From the NCBI RefSeq assembly GCF_009914755.1, contig NC_060929.1: a DNA stretch of 64,000 bases; one strand, written 5' to 3'. Positions 38,961 through 51,032 of this stretch are shown here, in pieces; within the stretch, counting starts at the first letter, position 1; every line of letters starts with the position of its first letter. The stretch is from the human T2T-CHM13v2.0 reference genome, Homo sapiens. Position numbers and translations under genes: made by a program. The notes below the pieces were generated by a model. That model did no database searches. It saw only the letters and a list, made by a program, of their open reading frames with translations, and had not been told where the DNA came from.

Positions 38961-40151
38961 TTTTTTTTTTTTTAAGACAAGCCTGGGCAACATAGCCTAT
39001 TTTATTTTATTTTTTTTCTTTTTTTTTTAATTGATCATTCTTGGGTGTTTCTCGCAGAGGGGGATTTGGCAGGGTCACAGGACAATAGTGGAGGGAAGGT
39101 CAGCAGATAAACAAGTGAACAAAGGTCTCTGGTTTTCCTAGGCAGAGGACCCTGCGGCCTTCCGCAGTGTTTGTGTCCCTGGGTACTTGAGATTAGGGAG
39201 TGGTGATGACTCTTAAGGAGCATGCTGCCTTCAAGCATCTGTTTAACAAAGCACATCTTGCACCGCCCTTAATCCATTTAACCCTGAGTGGACACAGCAC
39301 ATGTTTCAGAGAGCACAGGGTTGGGGGTAAGGTCACAGATCAACAGGATCCCAAGGCAGAAGAATTTTTCTTGGCACAGAACAAAATGAAAAGTCTCCCA
39401 TGTCTACCTCTTTCTACACAGACACGGCAACCATCCGATTTCTCAATCTTTTCCCCACCTTTCCCCCCTTTCTATTCCACAAAACCGCCATTGTCATCAT
39501 GGCCCTTTCTCAATGAGCTGTTGGGTACACCTCCCAGACGGGGTGGTGGCCGGGCAGAGGGGCTCCTCACTTCCCAGTAGGGGCGGCCGGGCAGAGGCGC
39601 CCCTCACCTCCCGGACGGGGCGGCTGGCCGGGCGGGGGGCTGACCCCCCACCTCCCTCCCGGACGGGGGGCTGACCCCCCCACCTCCCTCCCGGACGAGG
39701 TGGCTGCAGGGCAGAGACGCTCCTCACTTCCCAGACGGGGTGGCGGCCGGGCAGAGGCTGCAATCTCGGCACTTTGGGGGGCCAAGGCAGGCGGCTGGGA
39801 GGTGGAGGTTGTAGCGAGCCGAGATCACGTCACTGCACTCCAGCCTGGGCACCATTGAGCACTGAGTGAACCAGACTCCATCTGCAATCCCGGCACCTCG
39901 GGAGGCCGAGGCTGGCGGATCACTCGCGGCTAGGAGCTGGAGACCAGCCCGGCCAACACAGCAAAACCCCGTCTCCACCAAAAAAATACGAGAACCAGTC
40001 AGGCGTGGCGGCGCGCACCTGCAATCGCAGGCACTCGGCAGGCTGAGGCAGGAGAATCAGGCAGCAGTACCGTCCAGCTTCAGCTCGGCATCAGAGGGAG
40101 ACCGTGGAGAGAGGGAGACGGAGAGGGAGAGGGAGAGGGAGAGGGAGAGGC
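38961..40151 (-). mobile_element. SVA retrotransposon (hexamer, Alu-like, short VNTR, SINE-R, poly-A)
   Basis: (GAGAGG)n at ~40095-40150, Alu-like ~39760-40090, GC-rich VNTR ~39530-39760, SINE-R ~39030-39530; TSD TGAAGTTCCAAGTTTTCT at 38943-38960 and 40152-40169. Confidence 0.95.
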
Positions 40152-40724
40152 TGAAGTTCCAAGTTTTCTAGCATTATTTCCCTTCTGTCTGGAGAACTTA
40201 TTTTAGCAATTCTTCTACAGTAGGTCTGCTACATGTAAACACTCTAAGTTTTCCTCCAACTGAGAATGTCTTCATTTTGCCCTTATTACTGAAGAATATT
40301 TTCACTGGATATAGTATTCTGGGTTAGCAGTTATTTTCTTTCAGTACTTTACAAATGTTGTTCCACTGTCTTCTAGTCTCTATAATTTCTGATGAGAAAT
40401 TCACAGTCATTTAAATCATTGTTTCCTTATAGGTAAGGCCCCATTTTTTTTCTCTTGGTGCTTTCAAATTTTTTCTGTCTGTAGTTTTCAAAATTTTGAT
40501 TATGATGTGCTCAGGGTATGAGCTTTCAGGGGTTTATCATGTTTGGAGATCACAGAGCTTCTTGAATGTGTGGGTTTATATTTTTTGCCAGACTTGGGAA
40601 ATTTTCAGGCCTTATGTCCTCACGTATTTTTTCAGCATTATGCTCTTTCTCTTCTCCTTCTAGGTATCTGACAACATAAACAGTGGATCTCTTATTATTA
40701 TTCTACATATCCTTCTGGCTTGAT

Positions 40725-41030
40725 TTATTTTATTTTATTTTATATTTTTTGAGGTGGAATCTCGCTCTATTGCCCAGGCTGGAGTGCAGTGGCACTATCT
40801 CGGCTCACTGCAAGCTCTGCCTCCTGGGTTCATGCCATTCTCCCGCCTCAGCCTCCTAAGTAACTGGGACTACAGGCACCCACCACCATGCCTGGCTAAT
40901 TTTTTGTATTTTAGTAGAGACGGGGTTTCACCATGTTAGCCAGGATGGTTTCGATCTCCTGACCTCATGATCTGCCCTCCTTGGCCTCCCAAAGTGCTGG
41001 GATTACAGGCATGAGCCACCGTGCCCAGCC
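40725..41030 (-). mobile_element. AluY-type element
   Basis: TGCAAGCTCTGCC...TTCATGCCATTC...ATGTTAGCCAGGATGG. Confidence 0.85.
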
Positions 41031-41494
41031 AGCTTTGTTTTTAAAATCTATTTCTTCTCTCTTGTTCAGATTAGATAACTTTTATTGATCTATTTTCAAG
41101 TCACCTGATTTTTTCCTCCATCATATCCATGCTGCCATTGCGTCCAACTGTGAGGACTTTTTTGTTAATTTGTTATATTTTTCACTTCTAAAATTTCCGT
41201 TTGGCTCATGACATCTTGTTTCTTTTTTTTTTTTTTGACTTCTATATTTTACATTCATTTCAAAATTGGTCATGATCGCTTATTGAATATTTTTATAGTA
41301 GCTGCTTTAAATTCTTTGTCACATAATTCAAAATCTTGGCATTGGCACCCATTGATTGTCTTTCCCCATGTGGATTGAGATGTTCCTGGTTCCTTGCGTC
41401 TGAAGTAATTTTGGATAATTTCTTGAATATTTTGAATATTATGTTATGAGATCATGGGTCTTACAGAGAATATTAATATTTTTGCCTTGGCAAG

Positions 41495-41942
41495 TGTGAA
41501 AGGAAAATATCTTGGGCCCCCAAAATCACGGAGCTAAAGGAAAAATTCAAGCTAGGAGCTTCTCAGGGCAAATCTCCCTCCCATTCTTTCAAAGTCATTG
41601 CTCTGCTCACTGAGATCGATGCATCTTCTGATTGCCTCCTTTGGAGAGGCTCATCAGAAACTCAAAAGACTGCAACCATTTGTCTCTCACCTACCTGTGA
41701 CCTGGAAGCTCCCTCCCTGCTTCGAGTTGCCCCCGCCTTTCTAGATAGAACCAATGTACTTCTTACCTATATTGATTGATATCTCATGTCTCCCTAAATG
41801 TTTCAAACCAAGCTGTGCCCTGACCACCTTGGGCACATGTCATCAGGACTTCCTGAGGCTGTGTCATGGGCATGCATCCTCCATCTTGACAAAATAAACT
41901 TTCTAAATTAACTGAGATCGTCTCAGATTTGGGGGGTTCGCA
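41495..41942 (+). mobile_element. MER4A-like solo LTR (ERV1)
   Basis: TGTGAAAGGAAAATATCTTGGGCCCCCAAAATCAC...AATAAA...CA; 4-bp TSD CAAG. Confidence 0.8.
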
Positions 41943-42344
41943 CAAGCAATTGACCTAGTTCATTTCAAGCCACAAATTCCAGCTTACCTTCTGTGGCTTG
42001 TGGTTCCAATGTCAGTTTTCAAGACCTTTGTATAACTATTCTGATCTTTTTCATATGTGTACCATCCAGTGGTTAGTCTGGGACCTGAGCATGCTTTCTG
42101 TTTGTTGAGCAACAAAAGTCTTTTATATACTGATTAGGTTCAGATCCATGTATGTGTAGCTCAAGGTGAGCCCAGGAGTTCATGAATAGTTTATGGGATA
42201 AGTTACCATATCTTCCCTCTCTTTGTCACTCTCTCTCTCTCTCTCTCCCCCCGCACCCCCCATCCCCCCAGTACTATCTAGCTTCCTGAGGCTCTTCTTT
42301 TTAAGTCCTCTAGCCAGAAATGTTGTACTTTGGCTTTCATACTA

Positions 42345-42753
42345 TGTTAGTTCGTCCATTTTGCATCATTATAAAGGAATACCTGAGACTGGGTAATTTA
42401 TTTTTTTTTAAAAAAAGGGTTTATTTGGCTCATGGTTCTGCAGGCTGAACAGGCAGGGCACCAGCATCTGCTCACCTTCCGGTGAGGCCTCCAGAAGCTT
42501 TTGCTCATAGCGGAAGGTGAAGTGGGAGCCAGCATGTCACATGATGAGAGAGGGAGCAAAAGAGAGAGGCAGGAGGTGCCAGGCTGTTTAAACAACCAGC
42601 TGTCCCGTGAACTCATTGCTGCAGGAAGGGCAGCAAGACATTCATGAAGGGTCCACCCGCATGACACAAACACCTCCATTAGGCCCCACCTTCAATACTG
42701 GGGAATCACATTTCAACATGATATTGGAAAAGGACATGCATCCAAACCATATC
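42345..42753. mobile_element. MST-family MaLR solo LTR
   Basis: ...TATAAAGGAATACCTGAGACTGGGTAATTTA...GGCTCATGGTTCTGCAGGCTG...ATCCAAACCATATCA. Confidence 0.8.
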
Positions 42754-42924
42754 AGGTATTCTACCGTGCACTTTTGTAACTGTACCTACATCTGGGACCA
42801 AAAGGCAGGAAGACAGAAAAAAAATTAATAAAGCTTTGTGGGTATTGACTTTTGTGACTGCCATTGTGGGCTTCCATTGAACTTCTGCTTTCAACAAACA
42901 CTTGCTGGGAGCCTAGTACATGAG

Positions 42925-43790
42925 AGAATATTGTGCATATTTATGGGGGAGAATGTGATGTTTCAATGCATATATACATTATGTAATGATCAAATCAGGG
43001 TATTTAACATATCTATCACCTCAAACATTTATCATTTCTTTGTGAAATTCTCTGTTCTAGTCATAATAAAATATGCAATACAATACTGTTAACTATAGTC
43101 ACCCTACTGTGTAATAGAAGACCAGAACTTATTCCTCCTATGTATTCATAATTGTGTAGCTGTTGACCAATCTCTTCACAATCTCCTCTCCACCCTACTT
43201 TCCCCAGCATCTAGTAACCATTATTCTACTCTAAACTTTTATGAGATCAGCTTTTTTATATTCCACAAATCAGTGAGATCCAGCAGTATTTGTTTCTGTA
43301 CCTGGCTTATGTCATTTAACATAACGTTCTTCAAGTTTATCCATGTTGTCACAAATGGCGGGATTTCATTTTTATGGCTCAATAGTTTTCCATTGTGTGT
43401 ATATGCCACATTTTAAAAATTCATTGATTCATTGATAGACACAGGTCGATTCCATATCTCAGCTATTGGGAATAGTGATGCAATTAACACGGGAGTGAAG
43501 GTATCTCTTTGACATATTGATTTCATTTTCTCTAGATGATTACCCAGTAGTAGGATTACTGGACCACATGGTTGTTCTGTTTAATTTTTTGAGGAACCTT
43601 TATATTGTTATTCATAAGGGCTGTACTAATTTGCTTTCTTGCCAACAGTGCATAAGAATTCCCATTTCGCCACACTCATGCCAATGTTTGTTATTTTTTA
43701 ATCTTTTTGATAATAGCCATTCTAACACGAATGAGGTAATATCTCATTGTAGTTGTGATTTGCAATTTCTTAATGATTAGTAACGTTAAG
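42925..43790 (-). mobile_element. L1MA-type 3' end (~0.9 kb), abutting the ARF4 retrocopy
   Basis: Antisense L1MA 3'UTR (TGTAATGATCAAATCAGGGTA...ATCACCTCAAACATTTATCATTTC) through the ORF2 end (AATAGCCATTCTAAC...ATATCTCATTGT). Confidence 0.8.
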
Positions 43791-44330
43791 TATAGCGTTC
43801 AGCAAATCCTGTTTGCAAAAAGTAGCAGCACTGCATCTCCATACTCATCTTCTTGGAGCATTTGCTGCTGCTTTTCCCATCCTTCCTGATTTTTTTCATG
43901 GTTATTGCTATCTACCACCAAAAAAACAAAAAAAAAGACCTGGTCTGGAAGTAATGCCTGCAGAAGAGCCTAATTTTATCTTGACCACCAGCATCTGGCA
44001 CGGTGAAACTAACAGTCTGTGTCCACGTTAAAAACAACAGTAGGCGTGATGGCGACTATGTCCCCCTGACTTCTGTTTCTACAGCAGCATCCAATCCAAC
44101 CATCCAAAGGCCATCTGCTTCTTGACCAAGGTGGGGAAGAGAGGAGTTGGTGAGGCCCAGCATCAATGGCATTCTCCATATGCAGGTGCAGCAGGGGTTT
44201 GGAGGAGTCTCCTTTCACACTGCAGGCACACAGCAGGAGGGAGGCAGGGAGCTAGAAAGAAAGAGGGAGGCAGGGATGGCTCTTGGGGAGAATCCCAGGC
44301 AGAGTTCCCATGGTGGCACCTGCTCTGGAG
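43791..44330 (-). pseudogene. Decayed processed pseudogene of ARF4 (5'UTR plus CDS to about codon 133), 3' part absent
   Basis: Minus strand reads (C)TGGGCCTCACC..AAGAAGCAGATG..ATGGTTGGATTGGATGCTGCTG (MVGLDAA), GGGGACATAGTCGCCATCACGCCTACTGTTGTTTTTAACGTGGAC (GEIVTTIPTIGFNVE-like), GGTGGTCAAGATAAAATTAGG (GGQDKIR), GCATTACTTCCAG (HYFQ), GTGGTAGATAGCAA (VVDSN), GATGCAGTGCTGCTACTTTTTGCAAAC (DAVLLLFAN); intronless with indels; 5' boundary approximate. Confidence 0.85.
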
Positions 44331-44589
44331 GTTGCGGCCCCTCCAAAGTGGCGAAATAGCCCAGCCTTTTCAAGTTATTCCTCCTATGTCGTCTGGAAAC
44401 TGTGTCCCTGATAAGAGGTCTGTCATCAGTTGAATTGTCACACTTGTTTTTCAATAATTTGGGATATTTACAACAGTTTCTTTCTAATGTTGCCTTTTTA
44501 TTGTCCCTACAATTCTCTTTTTCTGGAATTCCTGTTGGAAGCTGTCAGAACCTCTCCATCTATCTGTACATCTCTTATCTGCTCTTCTT

Positions 44590-44712
44590 TTTTTAAGGAC
44601 GAGGTCTCACTATGTTGCCCAGGCTGGTCTCTAACTCCTTGGCTCAAGGAATCCTCCCGCCTCAGCCTCCCAAAGTGCTGGGATTACAGAGGTGAGCCAC
44701 CATGCCTGGCCA
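44590..44712 (-). mobile_element. Alu left monomer (FLAM)
   Basis: GGTCTCACTATGTTGCCCAGGCTGGTCTC...GAGCCACCATGCCTGGCC. Confidence 0.8.
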
Positions 44713-44772
44713 TCAGCTCTTCTCTTTCTCGGTGTTCCTTGATCTCTCTGTTCTGTATTCTGGGAGCCCTAT

Positions 44773-44950
44773 GTTTAATAATTTAATAATGTTAATAATA
44801 ATTTAATAATGTTAAATTATTAATTAATTATTTATTATTAATTAATTATTATTAATTGTTAATTATCAATTAATTATTAATTGTTAATTATTAATTATTA
44901 TTAATTAATTAATGTTATAATTTAATAATGTTAATAATGTCCTATGTTAA
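44773..44950. repeat. Very AT-rich (TTAA/TAA)n low-complexity tract
   Basis: Almost pure A/T with self-complementary TTAA/AATT units. Confidence 0.9.
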
Positions 44951-45267
44951 TCAGCCAAATGTTTAATGCAGTCTTTGAACAATCCCATCAATAGTTTTTT
45001 CTCATATTGCATTTTTGTTTCAAAAAGAATATATTTTATTTCCAACATGTTACACTGCTTTTTTAAAGGCTAACTATTCTTGTTTAATTTCTACTTATTT
45101 TCTTCTAATAATTTCTTGTTCTATTTTGGCTTTATTGAAAGGAAGGTACTATGGCTTCTGTCCTTTTTCTAAATTGTGGTAAAATAAACATGCAACTGAC
45201 CATCTTAACCATTTTAAGTTACGCTTCAGCATTGTTAAGTATATTCACACTGTTGGGTTCCCTCGTC

Positions 45268-45725
45268 TTTTTAAATCTTTTTTTTAAATAAATACATGTT
45301 AAAGACTTTATTTTACTCATTAATGAGGGAATCAGGCAGGCACTACAACCCGAAGGACAGATGTATTTATAGACCACAAATCTTGAAATGAATGTATAAA
45401 TGGAGAGAAACTGAGGTTTCCATAGGGGGCGGGAAATCAACTGGATCTCTCTCAACAGGACAGAATCTGCACATCTATTGTCTATGGGAATATTTTGCAT
45501 TGCTATCGATTACTGAAAACATAAATGGTTGTAAAAGACAATGAAAGATTAGAATCTGATGCACTGGAGGGCTATCCTTTAGACAATGCCGTTTTCCATT
45601 GAAGTACGATTCCTTTTTCTTTTTTTTTAACAACCCTTAAAGTATCTCTTTGACAGCCAGGCAAGAGGGCCTGGGCCCTATTCATAAATGAATAACCTTG
45701 ATGCCAGGACTCCTGGGATTACTAT
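45268..45725 (-). pseudogene. Candidate retrocopy of an unidentified mRNA 3'UTR
   Basis: Minus strand has AATAAA (plus TTTATT near 45308) ~20 nt before an A-run (plus T-run near 45268-45286); non-repeat-like sequence between two L1 3' fragments; parent gene not identified. Confidence 0.4.
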
Positions 45726-45881
45726 TAAACATTCTTTTTTAGTTTAAATTTTTTATAGATTTAGAGGGTACAAATGCAGTTTTGTTACATGGGTATATTA
45801 CATGGAGGAGTCTGGGCTTTTCATGTTGCTGTCACCCAAATAAAGTACATTGTACTCATAAGGTAATTTCCTTTTTTTCTT

Positions 45882-46085
45882 ACCCATCCACCACCCAATC
45901 ATCCATCCATCATCCACCAACCACCTACCACCCATCCACCCACCACCCATCCACCCACCCATCCATCTACCCACCCATCCCTCCACCCAACCATCCATCC
46001 ATCCATCCATCCATCCATCCATCCATCCACCCACCCATTTATCCATCCACCACCCATCATCCCTCCCACCCAGCCATCCATTCAC
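45882..46085. repeat. (CCAT/CCAC)n simple repeat
   Basis: Direct reading. Confidence 0.95.
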
Positions 46086-46487
46086 CTATTCGGTAAATGT
46101 ATACCCACCACCTACTCTGTGCCAGGCATTGTTCTAGGATATGGAGACACAGCAGTGACCAAGACATACCTGGTCAACCCCTTGTGGCTTCTGAACCAGT
46201 GAGGACACTCTCCATCCCCATTATGTAATTTTTTATCCCTCAGCCCCCTTCCTCCCTCTCTCCTTTCCAAGTCTACAGTGTCTGTTATTCCATTCTGTAT
46301 GTCCATATCTACACTATCTTTTAAAAAATATCTTTAATATACTTTTTCAAGTATTTTCCTCTGGTTCTAGAGTGAGCTTGTGTTCTCATTGTTTAATTCT
46401 TTGTTGCTTATCTCAGCATTAGACTTTTGTGCTTTAGAATATTGTTTGGCACACTTATTTTCAGTAGGAATTTTAGTTTTTCCATTT

Positions 46488-46780
<293 letters not shown>

Positions 46781-46955
46781 TAGTTTTTCCATTTTCTTTT
46801 TCTCTTTACTCTTCTTTTTCCCTCCCCTGCCTGCCCGCATTTATTTTCAGGCTCATACCTCTTGTCTGTCAGATAATTGGTCATCTCTACCCAGCCGTCT
46901 AGGTTGGCAATCCAGGATCAGCATGTATGATGGATGTTAGAAATTAATTCTCTGA

Positions 46956-47265
46956 GGCTGGGTGCAATGGCTAACGCCTGTAATGCGAGCACTTTGGGAG
47001 GCTAAGGTGACCAAATCACTTGAGGCCAGGAGTTCGAGACCAGTCTGGCCAACAAGGTGAAATCCTGTCTCTACTAAAAATACAAAAATTAGCTGGGCAT
47101 GGTGGCACATGCCTGTAGTCCCAGCTACCCAGGAGGCTGAGGCAGGAGAAACACTTGAACTCACGAGGTGGAGGCTGCGGTGAGCCAAGATTGTGCCACT
47201 GTATTCCAGCCTGGGCGACAGAGTGAGACTCTGTCTCAAAAAAAAAAAAAAGAAAAGAAATAAAA
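46956..47265 (+). mobile_element. AluS-type element
   Basis: Full sense Alu with A-tail. Confidence 0.9.
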
Positions 47266-47311
47266 ATTATTTGAAGTAATACTGGACACTGGGGACATCC
47301 AATCATAGCAT

Positions 47312-47953
47312 TGTGAAAGGAAGATAAATCTCAGGACCCCAAAATCACTAAGCCGAAGGGAAAGTCAAGCTGGGAACTGCGTCAAGCAAACCTGCTTTCC
47401 ATTTTCTTCCTAAATAAGGTAACTACAAAGGTAAGAAACTGCATACCTCCCTCACAATTTGCCCACTAGGAAATTTTTTGCAGGCCCCAGATCTTTACCC
47501 CTAAAACAGTTCTGTTGAATTTCACCCTGGCAATGTAAATTGATAGCTTACCTTCACAGGTACAGGACAAAGGACAGAACTCAAAGTTATCCCTCTGTTC
47601 AGCTGAGACAAATGTGCATCTGATTGCTTCCTCTGACCTATGTTTATTTTATCTTACGTAAAAACACAGATTCACGAAGCTAGCTCAATGCATGACTATT
47701 CCTTTACCCCCCTCACGTGTGAACAGCTGATCAAAGGCTCAGATGAACACAACTGCTTGCCTCTTACCTACCCACACCTTTTAAAAATTTCTTCTTCTTT
47801 GTCCAATATCTGCCCTTTTCCTGTAAATATTGAAGCCCTCAAAATCATCTTTGGAGAATGGCACAGACCTGCCTCCCAGGCATGTGTCCTTAACCTTGGC
47901 AAAATAAAATTCTAAATTGATTGAGACATGTCTCAGACACTTTTTCATTTACA
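47312..47953 (+). mobile_element. MER4-group solo LTR (ERV1)
   Basis: TGTGAAAGGAAGATAAATCTCAGGACCCCAAAATCACTAAGCC...AAATAAA...TTTACA; flanks GCAT/GTAT. Confidence 0.75.
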
Positions 47954-48930
47954 GTATTTAGAGACATTTTCCCTTCAGAAACTAATCTTATAATGACCAG
48001 TCCATACGTGGGCAAAACAAGTGCAGGACAAAATCAGATATGGTCTCACTCACTGTTTTTGTTTCTCTTCCGTTTCTGTTCCAGATATATTTACTTTATA
48101 CTAAAGTTGTGTCTCTATATCTTTTATTTATACATTGTTGCTATGTGTTTGGAAGAGAAAAGATTTCCAAAGCATTATTCCACTTGTTATTTTGATCTAG
48201 AACTGGGCATATTATAAATAAATACGGCAGAGGAGAATCTAGCCCCATCTCACTGATAAAATTCCCAATATACTTCCCTCAAACTTCCTATCATCTAAGT
48301 TCTTAATTCAACTCAACACTATCCCACCGTCACCCTAATGAATTCTGCTGAGTATCACTTGCATTTCAGCATGAATTGATCCTATCACTAATGTCAATGG
48401 GATGGTCACGTCATGGTTATCTGAACGTGTCAAAGGAGAAGAGCATCTGAAGCTGTTTCACATCCTACAGCATGAGGTTCTTGAGAAGGAGCTATCTGTG
48501 GTAAGAAGAAAATGAGGCAACGAGAAAAGGCTGTTGGCCAAAAAGCTGAGAGTGACCCAGTTACTGGCTTCGCTGGACTCCAGCCCAATCTAGATTGATG
48601 CTTCCACTTTTTGAAATGTGCTCGAACATCTCAGTCTCTCCTCTCCTGCTCATCATGCACTTGTCAGAAAGCTAAACTTCTTACTTTCTCCTGACAGAAA
48701 GGGTCTGACAGTAAACCATGATATGTTTAGATTACCATTACTTTCATCACTTAAGTGCAGAATCACGTCAGTCCCTGTCTACCCCTGAATGGAGGCAGAT
48801 AAACCAGTTCATCTGAGCTCCATGTGATCACCTGCCGGACCTCCTGAAGAAGCAGTCAGAATATGCCAGCAGGAGAGTCTGGCTTCCCACCCCAACTCCT
48901 CCAAAACCATTGTTCTTAAGAGATATGACT

Positions 48931-49312
<382 letters not shown>

Positions 49313-49326
49313 TTATGAAAATGGTA

Positions 49327-49639
49327 GGCCGGGTGCAGTGGCTCATGCCTGTAATCTCAGCACTTAGGGAGGCCAAGGTGGGTGGATCACCTGAGGTCAG
49401 GAGTTTGAGACTAGCCTGGCTAACATAGTGAAACCCCATCTCTACTAAAAATACAAAAATTAGCCAGTCTTGGTGGCACATGCCTGTAATCCCAGCTATT
49501 CAGGAAGCTGAGGCAGGAGAATCGTTTGAACCCGGGAGGTGGAGGTTGCAGTGAGCTGAGATCGCACCACCTGCACTCTAGCCTGGGTGACAGAGCAAGA
49601 CTCCATCTCAAAAAAAAAAAAAAAAGAAAAAGAAAAAAA
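49327..49639 (+). mobile_element. AluS-type element
   Basis: Dimeric Alu with a long A-tail. Confidence 0.9.
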
Positions 49640-50222
49640 TGATAGAGGCTTCCTTATACAAATATGGATACATGAATATGCTATTTGCAATGAGATGTAA
49701 ATTGATAGCTTGAAAAAAGAGCAAGAGTAAAATGAAATGCCCCAGAGACCCCAGGAGGTGGAAAGTACAACAGGACAAGGTGTGTGTGCTGTTATGACAT
49801 AGAGATGCATGTACTGGCTTTCATCCATGGTTGCTGGTTGGTAACTCCCACATTCCTTGTTGCTGGCCATTTTTTCTTTTTCCTTTTTTTCAGCTGAGGG
49901 AATTTAGCCAATCCAGAGGCCTTGTTCCCCATAATTTGGAACTTTTCTCTGGATTTGATCAAGTCGGGTAGAGTTGGTCAAACCTAATGGGAAAGAGACC
50001 AAAACAACAAAAACAGAAACTAACAAATTTTTAAAAAGCAGTTAATCAAAACAAACAAATGATCACACAATTTATATTATTACTGAGCACTCTAATGGTA
50101 AGGAGGAATTAAGACCAACTGGTTGTTCATCTTAACTTTAGTGATTAAGGAGAATTTCCAAGACAAAACCCCCATTCAGCTACTTACCTAGGAATGAGAC
50201 CCGGCTAAAGACTGTGCTCTAC

Positions 50223-50684
50223 TGAGGGAGAAGACCACCCCTCATATTGTCTCATGCCCAATTTCTGCCTCCAAAGAAAGAAGAAGTAAAAACGAAAAGG
50301 CAGAAATGAAATCCACAAGCAGACAGCCCGGCGCCACACCCTGGGCCTGGTAGTTAAAGATCGAGCCCCGGCCTACTCGATTATGTTATCTGTAGATTCC
50401 AGACATTGTATGGAAAAGCACTGTGAAAACCCTTGTCCTGTTCTGTTCCAATCTGATTACCGGTGCATGCAGCCCCCAGTCGTGTACCCGCTGGTTGCAC
50501 AATCGATCACGACCCTCTCACGTGGACCCCCTTAGAGTTGTGAGCCCTTAAAAGGGACAAGAATTGCTCACTAGGGGAGCTCAGCTCTTCAGACAGGAGT
50601 CTTGCCAATGCTCCTGGCTGAATAAACCCCTTCCTTCTTTAACTCGGTGTCTGAGGAGTTTTGTCTGCGGCTGGTCCTGCTACA
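50223..50684 (+). mobile_element. LTR2 (HERV-E) solo LTR nested in the MER4 internal region
   Basis: TGAGGGAGAAGACCACCCCTCATATTGTC...AATAAA...GTCCTGCTACA; 4-bp TSD CTAC (50219-50222 and 50685-50688). Confidence 0.85.
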
Positions 50685-51014
50685 CTACTATCCTAGAAGT
50701 AGGAAAAAACTCAAACTTGCTTTCCCTGTTGGAAGTGGGCTGAAATTCCACAAAGGAGTTGCCTGCACCCCATTATCATGGAAGCAGGAAAACTCTCCCT
50801 CCTTGTTGAAAGTGAATAAAACTCCAGAAAAAGAGTTTCACAGCAGAATAATCCTTAAACCTCAACCAGATTTTGGAAGATCAGGGATTCTCTGGAGACA
50901 GGAGCTCCCAGGGCTCAGCAAATTGTCCAACTGATTTGAGCAATAAAGGTAGCTCAAGCTGGCACCAAGTACCCGTAGGAGATTTGCCAAAGGTCAGGGG
51001 TAGCTCCACTCAGA

Positions 51015-51032
51015 ATCCCTTCATGGTTACCA
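51015..51032 (-). promoter_or_regulatory. Retroviral primer binding site, tRNA-Arg type
   Basis: TGGTAACCATGAAGGGAT; from memory, complementary to the 3' end of tRNA-Arg(TCG) with one CpG-type mismatch. Confidence 0.65.
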
